Of a stretch of 64,000 bases of DNA, positions 8,767-18,022 are shown one piece after another; within the stretch, counting starts at the first letter, position 1; every line of letters begins with the position of its first letter. A program made the translations under genes and the position numbers. Below the pieces are notes generated by a model. That model was not told where the DNA came from and ran no database searches. It saw only the letters and a program-made list of their open reading frames with translations. The DNA comes from Patescibacteria group bacterium (GTDB lineage Bacteria > Patescibacteriota > Patescibacteriia > Veblenbacterales > UBA10138): NCBI GenBank assembly GCA_018817715.1, contig JAHITT010000006.1, positions 75,147 through 139,146 of the forward strand. The letters are read 5' to 3'.

Positions 8767-9020
8767 AATGAACATCCCAAAAACAAAACCTTAAAAACTA
8801 TCTTATTTAATTTTTAACTAATATCTATATCTATTTACGGAAAAAAACACGGTGACGGCATTGTCGGCGGCATATACGGCCTAGGGCTAATTGGTGCAGC
8901 AGTTTATTATATCCAGCAGGCTGACAGCTTTGTTGTAGGCCTTTTAGGCGTACTTAAGGCTATTATTTGGCCAGCCATGCTAATTTACAAATTAATGCAC
9001 TTTTTAGGCATGTAATTTTA

Positions 9021-9059
9021 TAGGCTTATTCGTACGAATAAGCCTATGATATCCACAGG
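9021..9059 (-). repeat. palindromic repeat element copy A (inverted, diverged)
   Basis: TAGGCTTATTCGTACGAATAAGCCTA perfect 26-bp palindrome plus TGATATCCACAGG arm; related to copies at 55747 and 61350. Confidence 0.8.
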
Positions 9060-9070
9060 GTATATAAATT

Positions 9071-9292
9071 ATGTTTTTTCAAAAAAAGTTATCCTTATCT
9101 TATTTAAGCAAAAATTTGTCTGTAGTGGTGGGTTTGGTTTTGGTCTGGCGGGGGATTTGGTACATACTGGACTGGTTGGACTATGAATTATGGGGTGGTT
9201 ACCACGGCTGGACAGCTTTGGGCGGAGTGGTGCTGGGTTTGTTGATTTTATATCTACCCGACAAAGACTTAAAAGAGATCCAAAAACTCTAA
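9071..9292 (+). CDS. small membrane protein
   Basis: 73 aa, two TM helices. Confidence 0.35.
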   Translation: MFFQKKLSLSYLSKNLSVVVGLVLVWRGIWYILDWLDYELWGGYHGWTALGGVVLGLLILYLPDKDLKEIQKL

Positions 9293-9471
9293 TTTAGACA
9301 TCAATTATAGATTTATTAAAAACACCTCCTTAATTATAACTAGGGAGGTGTTGTGTTAGGCAATTAAAAGGCTAAATTAACTATCAGTCAAAAAATTTTA
9401 ACACCCTAAAAAACAATAAATAAACCATAATTCTTTGATAAATTTCACACAATATTGTATTTTTATACTGT

Positions 9472-10722
9472 ATGTCAAAAACAATTTCTGCTATTTTTCT
9501 TTTTTTAGCTTTAAGTTTGTTGCCTAATTTAGCCCAGGCCCAAACTAATCAAAACTGTTCCCAGGTAAAAGCTTATTTTTTCTGGCAAGAGGGTTGCCCT
9601 CATTGTACTAAGGCCAAGCCCTTTTTACTATCTCTACAAAAGCAGTACCCCCAACTAATAGTCGATAGTCACGAAATCAGCAAAAACTTTGATAATTACC
9701 GCCTAATGAAACGCCTAACCGATAATTTGGCTATAGAAGTTAATGGCGTACCTTTTACAGTAATTGGCCAAAATTATTTAATCGGTTGGTATGATGAATC
9801 TTCTAGCGGCGGACAATTAGACTGGTTTGTTAAATCAGCTTTAAATAAACCATGCTTTGATGCCGCTTTAACTTCGGTTAATCAACAACCGACTGATGCT
9901 AAAACTAAAGACCAATTTTTTGAACAAAAAACAGTAAGCAACACCGAGGTCTTGCCAAATGATGATAACAAATCTTTTAATATCAACTTGCCACTACTAG
10001 GTGTAACTAACTTAGCCAAATTTTCTTTACCAGTTTTAACTGTTATTATAGGCGCCTTGGATGGTTTTAATCCCTGCGCTATGTGGGTGTTAGTATTTTT
10101 AATCGGCCTACTACTTAATATGCCTAACCATAAAAGAATGTGGTTATTAGGCAGCACTTTTATTGTTTCTTCAGCTGCGGTTTATTTTATTTTTATGGCC
10201 GCTTGGCTTAATTTATTATTATTTGTCGGTTTTCTATTTTGGGTGCGTTTTATAATCGGCTTAATCGCCTTGGGCGGGGGAGCTTATAACCTAAAAGAAT
10301 ACTTTTCTAACAAAGAAGGTGCTTGCAAAGTAGTTGGTACAGAAAAAAGAAATAAATATTTTACCAGACTAAAAAATATTACCCAGCAAAGTAGTTTATT
10401 GTGGGCCCTAGCGGGCATAATAATTTTAGCCGCTTCAGTTAATTTGGTAGAACTTGTTTGTTCAGCCGGACTACCGGCTGTTTACAGCCAAATATTAGCA
10501 CTTAGTCATTTGGCAACCTGGCAATATTATTTATATTTGCTTCTTTATGTTTTTGTTTTTATGTTGGACGATTTGTTAATTTTTATAATTGCCATGATAA
10601 CTCTCAGATTAACCGGCTTAACTACCAAATATACACGTTGGTCACATTTAATCGGCGGGGTATTAATGCTAATTATCGGCTTATTATTAATCTTCAAACC
10701 AGCCTGGCTGATGTTTGGTTAA
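9472..10722 (+). CDS. secreted thioredoxin-like domain fused to CcdA/DsbD-type transmembrane domain
   Basis: signal peptide, CPHC thioredoxin motif, then multi-TM region with GFNPCAMWVL (CcdA-like SPC motif) and second Cys in LVCSAGLP. Confidence 0.6.
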   Translation: MSKTISAIFLFLALSLLPNLAQAQTNQNCSQVKAYFFWQEGCPHCTKAKPFLLSLQKQYPQLIVDSHEISKNFDNYRLMKRLTDNLAIEVNGVPFTVIGQNYLIGWYDESSSGGQLDWFVKSALNKPCFDAALTSVNQQPTDAKTKDQFFEQKTVSNTEVLPNDDNKSFNINLPLLGVTNLAKFSLPVLTVIIGALDGFNPCAMWVLVFLIGLLLNMPNHKRMWLLGSTFIVSSAAVYFIFMAAWLNLLLFVGFLFWVRFIIGLIALGGGAYNLKEYFSNKEGACKVVGTEKRNKYFTRLKNITQQSSLLWALAGIIILAASVNLVELVCSAGLPAVYSQILALSHLATWQYYLYLLLYVFVFMLDDLLIFIIAMITLRLTGLTTKYTRWSHLIGGVLMLIIGLLLIFKPAWLMFG

Positions 10723-10784
10723 TCTTGTAAAAAATAAATTACCCAGCTTAACCACTCTTTTTTATTTTCTAGATAAAAAAACTT

Positions 10785-11636
10785 ATGACAAAAATTATAG
10801 AATTTTACAATACTTATCTTTTTTCCTGGCTAATAAACCATGGCTTTAAAATAATAATTATTTTATTAGTCGCCTGGCTAATAAATAAATTTAGCCGACA
10901 AATTATAAAACGTTTGGTAACGACCGCTGTTCGTGAAAATAAATATCCCAATAAAAAGGAGGAAAAACAAAGGGAGGAAACTTTAATAGGCCTACTAACT
11001 AGCACCAGTCGAATTGCTGTAATTACTTTAACTGGATTAATGGTTTTATCTGAAGCTGGACTGGCTATTGCGCCTTTACTAGCGGCCGCTGGTATAGCTG
11101 GTCTGTCCTTTGGTTTTGGTGGACAATATTTAATTCGGGACGTTATTACCGGCTTATTCTTAATTTTAGAAAATCAGTACCGGGTGGGGGATGTAATTTG
11201 TTTAGGTGACAAATGTGGCCTAGTGGAAAATATGTCCTTAAGAATTACGGTTATGCGCGATTTAGACGGCACGGTCCACCACGTACCTCACGGCGAAATA
11301 AAAATCGTCTCTAATCTTTCTAAAAGCTATGCTCGAATAAATTTAAATATAGCCGTCTCTTATGAGACCGATCTAGATGTAGCAGAAAAAATAATCAACC
11401 AAGTAGGCCAAGATTTGGCTAAAGATCCAATTTGGCAAGATAAAATAATAACCGCCCCGGCTTTTGTTAGATTGGATGATTTTGCCGATTCGGCCATGAT
11501 TATAAAAGTACTAGGCGACACTAAACCACTGGAACAATGGTCAGTTACCGGCGAATTTAGAAAAAGATTAAAAAAATCCTTTGATCAAGCGGGTATTATT
11601 ATACCCTTCCCCCAAATGGTCATAAGGAAGGGCTAA
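10785..11636 (+). CDS. small-conductance mechanosensitive channel (MscS family)
   Basis: TM helices followed by conserved MscS beta-domain YRVGDVI...GLVENMSLRITVMRDLDGTVHHVPHGEI. Confidence 0.8.
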   Translation: MTKIIEFYNTYLFSWLINHGFKIIIILLVAWLINKFSRQIIKRLVTTAVRENKYPNKKEEKQREETLIGLLTSTSRIAVITLTGLMVLSEAGLAIAPLLAAAGIAGLSFGFGGQYLIRDVITGLFLILENQYRVGDVICLGDKCGLVENMSLRITVMRDLDGTVHHVPHGEIKIVSNLSKSYARINLNIAVSYETDLDVAEKIINQVGQDLAKDPIWQDKIITAPAFVRLDDFADSAMIIKVLGDTKPLEQWSVTGEFRKRLKKSFDQAGIIIPFPQMVIRKG

Positions 11637-11676
11637 AACTCTTGTCCATAATTATTATTAACTGTATAATTTACCT

Positions 11677-12372
11677 GTGACTAACGGAAATAATTTAAAA
11701 AAAGGAGAGAATATACTCCAAGTAACTAAAGCTGAGCAATATCGCACGGTAGCTGAATTGTTTCAAAAAAGCCAACCGGATTCAGTTTTTTATACCTTGC
11801 TGACTTTGGCTGTTATTATTGTGTCTTCTGGTTTATTAATAAATAACAGCTTTATTGTAATTGGCGGTATGTTAGTAGCCCCAGTCTTAACTCCAGTCAT
11901 GCTGGCGGCTTTAGGCTTGGCTGTCGGACAAACCAAACCAGTTAAAGATGGTGCTTTACTTATTATCAGATCATCTTTGTTAATTGTCGTTGGCGGGCTG
12001 GTTATGTCCTTTGTCTTTGGCTCCAATCAGCATAATTTATTTTTTGAAAACACCATGCGCACGGCTATTCTTTACTTTATTGTGGCCATTGCTTCAGGTG
12101 TAGCCGCTACTTTAGCCTGGACCCGGAAAGAAATAATTGACGCTGTAACTGGTACAGCCATTGCTTTATCTTTGGTGCCACCACTGGTTTTAATAGGTAT
12201 ACGTTTAGGCAATTTAGATTTTGAATTAGCCCGTTATTATTTTTTGGTCTTTCTTTTTAACTTATTAGGCACTTTGGTTGGTAGTTTGGTAACTTTTACC
12301 ATGTTAAAATTCTATAAAAGCGAACAAAAAGTGGTTCAAGAGGTAAAAGAGCATACTAACCAAGCTGAATAA
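11677..12372 (+). CDS. DUF389-like integral membrane protein
   Basis: IVIGGMLVAPVLTPVM resembles the conserved IGAMLIAPLM core of the DUF389 family; multiple TM. Confidence 0.4.
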   Translation: MTNGNNLKKGENILQVTKAEQYRTVAELFQKSQPDSVFYTLLTLAVIIVSSGLLINNSFIVIGGMLVAPVLTPVMLAALGLAVGQTKPVKDGALLIIRSSLLIVVGGLVMSFVFGSNQHNLFFENTMRTAILYFIVAIASGVAATLAWTRKEIIDAVTGTAIALSLVPPLVLIGIRLGNLDFELARYYFLVFLFNLLGTLVGSLVTFTMLKFYKSEQKVVQEVKEHTNQAE

Positions 12373-12382
12373 ATCTTTAAAA

Positions 12383-12411
12383 AAACCTCCTTGCTTTAAG
12401 GAGGTTTTTTT
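12383..12411 (+). terminator. rho-independent terminator
   Basis: AAACCTCCTTgctttAAGGAGGTTT followed by T-run. Confidence 0.65.
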
Positions 12412-12442
12412 AATATATAACCAACTATGATAAACTTTAACT

Positions 12443-13858
12443 ATGCAAGTTACTTTTTATGGTGCCGCTCAAGAAGTCACCGGCTCTAAACATTTACTAT
12501 CTGTCGGTCAATATAAAATCTTATTAGATTGCGGTTCTTTTCAAGGACGCCGCCAAGAAACTTATCTCTTAAACAAAACCTTACCTTTTGATGCCAAACA
12601 GATAAATGCGGTTATTTTATCCCATGGTCATTTGGATCACAGTGGTTTATTGCCTTTACTAATTAAAAAAGGTTTTAAGGGTAAAATTTACGCTACCTCG
12701 GCAACCATTGATATCGTACGTTGGTTATTATTAGATTCAGCCAAAATTCAAGAGCAAGATGCCAAATACATGGGCCGACATAAAATTAAAGGCGCCAAAA
12801 GAGCTCAACCTCTTTACAATAAAACCGACGTAGATAAAACAATGAAACGTTTTATTATTGTGCCTTTTGTTTCGGCTACAGAACAATCTTGGCAAGAAAT
12901 TCTACCCGGCCTAAAAATAAAAATGTATCAAGCCGGACACATTTTAGGTTCAGCCGTTACAGTCATTCAAAGCCAACTAGCGGGCCAAACAACAACTCTA
13001 GCTTATAGCGGCGATTTAGGACGAGCTAATACACCTTTAATCGACGACCCTGAATATATTAAAGAATCAGTGGACGCCTTAATTTTAGAAAGCACCTATG
13101 GTAACCGCCGGCACGATCCTTTTAGTTTAGCTGTGGAAAAAATTAAAGAGGTTATCAACAGCACAGCCGCTAAACAAGGAAAAATAATCATACCGGCTTT
13201 TGCTTTGGGCCGCACCCAAGAAATAATCTACTTAATCCATAAATTAATGGACCAAGGCCAAGTACCTAATTTACCTATTTATGTAGATAGTCCTTTAGCT
13301 ACTCATTTAACTGAGGTTTTTAAAACTCACCGCGAACTTTATGATACTGAAGCTTGGCAGGATTTTTTACAAAGCGGTCGTTATCCTTTAGCTTTTAAAA
13401 ACCTAACCTACGTCAGTAAAGCAGAGGACTCTAAAAAACTTAATACTAAAAAAGGCAGTTTTATAGTAATTGCCGGCTCAGGCATGTGTGAAGCTGGCCG
13501 CGTCTTACATCATTTAATAAACGGCTTAGGGGATAATAATAATACTGTTTTAATAACGGGCTTTCAGGCGGCTAATACTTTAGGACGGCGTCTAGTAGAA
13601 GGCGCCAATAAAGCCAAATTATTTGGCCATGACTATCCGGTACGAGCCCGTATAGAAGTTTTGAACGAACTAAGCGCCCACGCTGACAGTCAAGATTTAG
13701 TTGATTATGCTACCAATACTCCAAACCTTAAAAAAATTTTCTTGGTTCATGGTGAATTTAATCAAGCTCAATCTTTACAAAATAAATTACGTTTAACTAA
13801 ACATAATTGGCAAGTTACTATACCGGCTCGCGGCGATACTTTTAAAATAAACTCTTAA
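12443..13858 (+). CDS. metallo-beta-lactamase-fold beta-CASP ribonuclease (RNase J/CPSF-like)
   Basis: HGHLDHSG metal motif early, later MBL motifs and C-terminal beta-CASP-like HADSQDL. Confidence 0.7.
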   Translation: MQVTFYGAAQEVTGSKHLLSVGQYKILLDCGSFQGRRQETYLLNKTLPFDAKQINAVILSHGHLDHSGLLPLLIKKGFKGKIYATSATIDIVRWLLLDSAKIQEQDAKYMGRHKIKGAKRAQPLYNKTDVDKTMKRFIIVPFVSATEQSWQEILPGLKIKMYQAGHILGSAVTVIQSQLAGQTTTLAYSGDLGRANTPLIDDPEYIKESVDALILESTYGNRRHDPFSLAVEKIKEVINSTAAKQGKIIIPAFALGRTQEIIYLIHKLMDQGQVPNLPIYVDSPLATHLTEVFKTHRELYDTEAWQDFLQSGRYPLAFKNLTYVSKAEDSKKLNTKKGSFIVIAGSGMCEAGRVLHHLINGLGDNNNTVLITGFQAANTLGRRLVEGANKAKLFGHDYPVRARIEVLNELSAHADSQDLVDYATNTPNLKKIFLVHGEFNQAQSLQNKLRLTKHNWQVTIPARGDTFKINS

Positions 13859-13905
13859 CTTCGTACAGTGGGCAGAAAAAATTCGATATGTTATAATAAC
13901 AAAAG

Positions 13906-15162
13906 ATGAAAAAAAATAACTATCGTTTATTTGGTTGGGGATTAACCATAGCTCTACTATTGCAACCATCCATCAGCTTGGCCCAAAACCTCCCTCCAAA
14001 CGAAACAAATGATAATTCACCAGCGCCAGTTTTAACTAACCTAAGCAACAATCAATCATTAATTAAATCATCAACCGCCGTAACCGACGGCTCTTTAATG
14101 TTGTCTAACTTACGAACAGCCCGACAAGAATTGCAAGATAGATTAATTAAAAATAATAAACAACCCACCAAACCAACTTTTGTTACCAGTTATTCAGCAC
14201 CAGTGGAAATTACCTTAGCCTTGTGGCAAGAGGAAAATAATCAATTAATTTATTTATCAGCTTATAAAGCTGGCAATAAAATACAATTAAAAGAAAAATC
14301 CGATTATCAACTGGAAGTTACTTATAATAACGGAGTAAATTCTCAATACCGCGTTACCGGCCAGCCAACAGCTTATGTTTTAGCTGTTATTCATCCAATT
14401 TATCATTCTCAGGGCACAACCCAACGACCGTTTTACCGGTTGGAAAATGTAGTGTATGCGCCCTTTCACGATTATTTACTTAAACCAGCTTTAATAACGG
14501 CTGGCCAAGAATATTTTGCCAATAAAATAGCAGCCGTTTATGAAGAGTTAAGAGTTACTGGCGTTAGGTCTTATGCTTATCCTAAAGAATTACTAGCTGA
14601 TGTTTTAGATCCAGCTTTAGTTAAAGTAATTATTGCTATTGAACATGTTAGTGCCCATCAACTTTTAAATAACAATCATTATGATTATTTAAGCCAATTT
14701 TACGTAACTTTAGCTGGTAATGAACAGGCGGCTTATGCCTATGCTAAAAGTTCAGCTTCGGCCCGTGGTTTAGTCCAATTTATACCAACAACTTATCAAA
14801 GTTTAAGAAAATTGCAACCAGGCTTAACCTTACCAACTGACTTTGTACAGGGGATGACCGATCCTTATAATGCTATTAAAGCAGCCATTGGCTTAATGGA
14901 TTATAATTTAATTTTTATCCCAAGCAACCTTAGAACCAAAGAAAAATTAAAGGAAAAAAATATCGGCGCTCTTTTAGCCGCCATTTATAATGGGGGACCT
15001 AGCCGTTTAAGAAAGGCCTTGGCTGTCTGGGGAGAAAATTGGGACAAACTTCATTCCAAAAACAGTTTAAAATTGGAAACCGTAAACTACGTGGCTAAAT
15101 ATGAACTGGTCTACGACCATTTTGCTAGCGGTGAACAAATGTTCTTAGCCTTAAAACCTTAG
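13906..15162 (+). CDS. secreted protein with lytic transglycosylase (SLT)-like domain
   Basis: signal peptide; SASARGLVQFIPTTY resembles the SLT GLMQ catalytic-region motif. Confidence 0.4.
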   Translation: MKKNNYRLFGWGLTIALLLQPSISLAQNLPPNETNDNSPAPVLTNLSNNQSLIKSSTAVTDGSLMLSNLRTARQELQDRLIKNNKQPTKPTFVTSYSAPVEITLALWQEENNQLIYLSAYKAGNKIQLKEKSDYQLEVTYNNGVNSQYRVTGQPTAYVLAVIHPIYHSQGTTQRPFYRLENVVYAPFHDYLLKPALITAGQEYFANKIAAVYEELRVTGVRSYAYPKELLADVLDPALVKVIIAIEHVSAHQLLNNNHYDYLSQFYVTLAGNEQAAYAYAKSSASARGLVQFIPTTYQSLRKLQPGLTLPTDFVQGMTDPYNAIKAAIGLMDYNLIFIPSNLRTKEKLKEKNIGALLAAIYNGGPSRLRKALAVWGENWDKLHSKNSLKLETVNYVAKYELVYDHFASGEQMFLALKP

Positions 15163-15204
15163 TCCTAAACAATTTAAATACTAACCAAGCCTTGCCTTAG
15201 GCTT

Positions 15205-15242
15205 AAAAAAAGAGTACAATCCTGTCGTACTTTTTTTAATAA
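15205..15242 (+). terminator. rho-independent terminator
   Basis: AGTACaatcctgtcGTACT followed by T7, preceded by AAGCCTtgccTTAGGCTT hairpin. Confidence 0.5.
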
Positions 15243-15289
15243 CCTAATTTGATATTTTAGCTAATCTTAGGCAAATATATTAACCGGCT

Positions 15290-16891
15290 ATGTCCTATAC
15301 ACCCCTAACTCCCCTGAGCAGTGAACTAATACAACGATTAAGCGAATCTACTCCAACTGAAACAAACGATCAGCCAAAAATCCATGTTTCCGAAATTGCC
15401 AGTTTGCCAATTTTTATATATGAAAAAATAAGAAATTTCATTGATTATAAAGATGAATATTTGCTCCGCAAGAACGCTGTTAAAAGATTTTTAAGACGTT
15501 CTTTCTTATTGCCTAATTTTAAGAATTATAAATCAGAACAACTGGCTTTATCTTTAATTCGCGAATTAATCTTATCGCGTTATTTAAAAAATGATTCAGT
15601 ACTACAATCAAAGATAAAAGAGCTTTCGCCAGTTTTAGAAAAATATTATCTTTTATTACAACAAACCGACAATAATCAAGTTAAATATCCTAAATGGCGA
15701 GAAGCTGTCTTAGGATTAGCAGCTGTAGAATGTGATTCTTATTTAGTCTCGCCCCAAAAACGACATGCCTACATAGCCTTTGCTTTTAACCAGATAAAAG
15801 ACTTAATAAAATTACCAGCTGGTGAAGCAGATACTGAAACTATTAATGTTCAAATACTCTTAAACACCCAAAGAATATTAGAAAGAGCTGATCAGGATAT
15901 TTTGGGTTATTATCTGTTAGTACATTATTATCCTAATTGGTTTAACTTAAAAACTACTGAAGCCGCCAACTGGTTGTCACCACAGCTTAACAGTGTTTTA
16001 CACAATCTAAAATTTATAAGTGAACAATCCTTGGGTAAAAGAGTAATGCCAACAGTGCGTAAATTACTAATACCCATAGTCGTTCTGCAACAAATGCTCC
16101 ACGAAACCGACAAACCCTTAAGAGATTTATTGAGTGATCCCACTAAACTCAACGAACAAATTAAAAAAACTTATCACGACTTTTGGAATAAAACAAGAAA
16201 AAAAATACGCAACAAAGGTTTCCATGCTATCTTTTACATATTTATAACTAAAATGGTTCTAGCGCTTTTGGTAGAATTCCCTTATGAAAAAATTTTTTTA
16301 GGACAAGTTCATTATTTATCCCTAGGCATAAATTTACTTTTTCCTCCTTTATTAATGGGGTTAATTACCATTTTAATAAAATCACCAGGTAAACAAAATG
16401 AAACCAGGGTAGCCGAAGCGGTTAGTGAGCTTATCTACGGTCGTGATACCGGTTTTTACAAGATTAAAGAACTTAAACCACTCAAAAATAATTTCTGGGG
16501 TAAATTCTTTTACGCCTTACTTTATTTAATTACTATAATCAGCTCCTTTGGCTTGGTCATAACTTTCTTAATTAACCTAAATTTTAATATATTATCTGGT
16601 GGATTTTTTATATTATTCATAAGCCTTGTTAGTTTTTTTGGTTTATCTTTGCGCCAACAAGCAAGGCAGTTACGTTTGATTAACGAAAAAGATACTATGT
16701 TGGCTTTTGCTTTGGACTTTTTTAGTCTACCAGTGGTAACTTTTGGTAAATGGCTATCCACAACTTTCGATAAATTAAATGTTTTCGTCTTTATTCTTGA
16801 TTTTTTATTTGAACTACCGTTCAAAACTCTGCTAAAATTAATTGAGCAATGGTTCCAATTTTTACGAGAAAAAAGAGATCAAATGTATTAA
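15290..16891 (+). CDS. hypothetical membrane protein (soluble N-domain plus C-terminal multi-TM)
   Basis: 533 aa ORF, no recognisable motif. Confidence 0.35.
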   Translation: MSYTPLTPLSSELIQRLSESTPTETNDQPKIHVSEIASLPIFIYEKIRNFIDYKDEYLLRKNAVKRFLRRSFLLPNFKNYKSEQLALSLIRELILSRYLKNDSVLQSKIKELSPVLEKYYLLLQQTDNNQVKYPKWREAVLGLAAVECDSYLVSPQKRHAYIAFAFNQIKDLIKLPAGEADTETINVQILLNTQRILERADQDILGYYLLVHYYPNWFNLKTTEAANWLSPQLNSVLHNLKFISEQSLGKRVMPTVRKLLIPIVVLQQMLHETDKPLRDLLSDPTKLNEQIKKTYHDFWNKTRKKIRNKGFHAIFYIFITKMVLALLVEFPYEKIFLGQVHYLSLGINLLFPPLLMGLITILIKSPGKQNETRVAEAVSELIYGRDTGFYKIKELKPLKNNFWGKFFYALLYLITIISSFGLVITFLINLNFNILSGGFFILFISLVSFFGLSLRQQARQLRLINEKDTMLAFALDFFSLPVVTFGKWLSTTFDKLNVFVFILDFLFELPFKTLLKLIEQWFQFLREKRDQMY

Positions 16892-16898
16892 TTCAAAA

Positions 16899-17558
16899 AT
16901 GAAAAAACTTACTTTATTTTATTTTTTATTTATCGGTTTAATTTTAGCTGGCTGTTCTCTTAAAGGGCCAGACTGGCAAGCTAATAAACAAGACTATCAA
17001 CAAGTCGGACTAACTAATCCCAATAACTATCCAACTAGTAACGCTACTAATATGACTAAACCTCAAACTCCACCTGACCTAAACTATACCTCGGCCACCT
17101 TAGTTACCAATTTAGGGGAGATGACTATTACTTTTTATCCTGAACCTAAGCAAACAGTGGCTAATTTTCTAAAATTAGCGGCGGAGGGGTTTTACGACGG
17201 GGTTAAATTCCATCGTGTTATAAAAGACTTCATGGCCCAAACAGGGGACCCTAATTCTAAAGACGATGATTGGTCTAACGATGGGCGGGGCGGACCAGGT
17301 TATACCTTTGCTGACGAAATAAATGAACACCCTTTAGTACGCGGTTCCGTAGCTATGGCTAATGCTGGGCCCAACACTAACGGCAGTCAATTTTTTATTG
17401 TAACTGCCGAAGCCACGCCCTGGCTAGACGGCAAACACACTAATTTTGGCTATATTAGCGAAGGTTATGCCCTTTTAAATAAGATTGAAGATATACCCAG
17501 AAATGCTGACGATCATCCCTTAACCGATATTACTATAAAGAGCATAAAACTTAAATAA
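16899..17558 (+). CDS. peptidyl-prolyl cis-trans isomerase, cyclophilin type, lipoprotein
   Basis: lipobox LILAGC after signal peptide (start moved to ATG 16899), FHRVIKDFMAQTGDP and GSQFFIV cyclophilin motifs. Confidence 0.85.
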   Translation: MKKLTLFYFLFIGLILAGCSLKGPDWQANKQDYQQVGLTNPNNYPTSNATNMTKPQTPPDLNYTSATLVTNLGEMTITFYPEPKQTVANFLKLAAEGFYDGVKFHRVIKDFMAQTGDPNSKDDDWSNDGRGGPGYTFADEINEHPLVRGSVAMANAGPNTNGSQFFIVTAEATPWLDGKHTNFGYISEGYALLNKIEDIPRNADDHPLTDITIKSIKLK

Positions 17559-17578
17559 TATATCTGGAATTCAATAAT

Positions 17579-18019
17579 ATGAACAAAATTTTAAAAAGTA
17601 TTTCTTGTTTATCCTGCTTGGGCACTTTATTCGCTTTAACCGTTACTCTTAGGCAATATATTGCACCAGCTAATGAACCAGGTATATTTTCTTGTGTGGG
17701 TTTAAAGATATTCGGTTTATCTCCTTGCCCTTTTGGTTTAGGTTTTTTTGCTTTGCTACTTTTAAGTAGTTTGCTGGCCTTACGCCAAAAATCTAATTGG
17801 TTCAGTTCTCCTAAAACGATTAGATTTTTTGCTTGGGCAGGCACTTTATTTTCTGGTTGGGTAGCTTGGCGAGAAATTGGCCTACCAATTTTAATCAGGG
17901 GTTTGTCGAATTACTGGCAAACTTTTTCCCTAGCCCAAGTGCCAGCTTGCGTTTGGGGGTTCTTTGTCTTTTTGGCGGTCGCCATTCTTAGTCTTTATTA
18001 TAAAAACGAAAAAAAATAA
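17579..18019 (+). CDS. Cys-containing small membrane protein (possible DsbB/VKOR-like)
   Basis: 4 TM, CLSC pair plus two further Cys; assignment speculative. Confidence 0.25.
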   Translation: MNKILKSISCLSCLGTLFALTVTLRQYIAPANEPGIFSCVGLKIFGLSPCPFGLGFFALLLLSSLLALRQKSNWFSSPKTIRFFAWAGTLFSGWVAWREIGLPILIRGLSNYWQTFSLAQVPACVWGFFVFLAVAILSLYYKNEKK

Positions 18020-18022
18020 TTC

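Noticed and set aside
16842-16898. Track ORF 16842-17558 and ORF 28655-29896 start inside the preceding genes (50-bp and 28-bp overlaps).
   Set aside because: Downstream in-frame ATGs (16899 and 28688) immediately precede a lipoprotein signal peptide and a TM anchor respectively, and sit right after the upstream stop codons. The long overlaps are artefacts of taking the first possible start.
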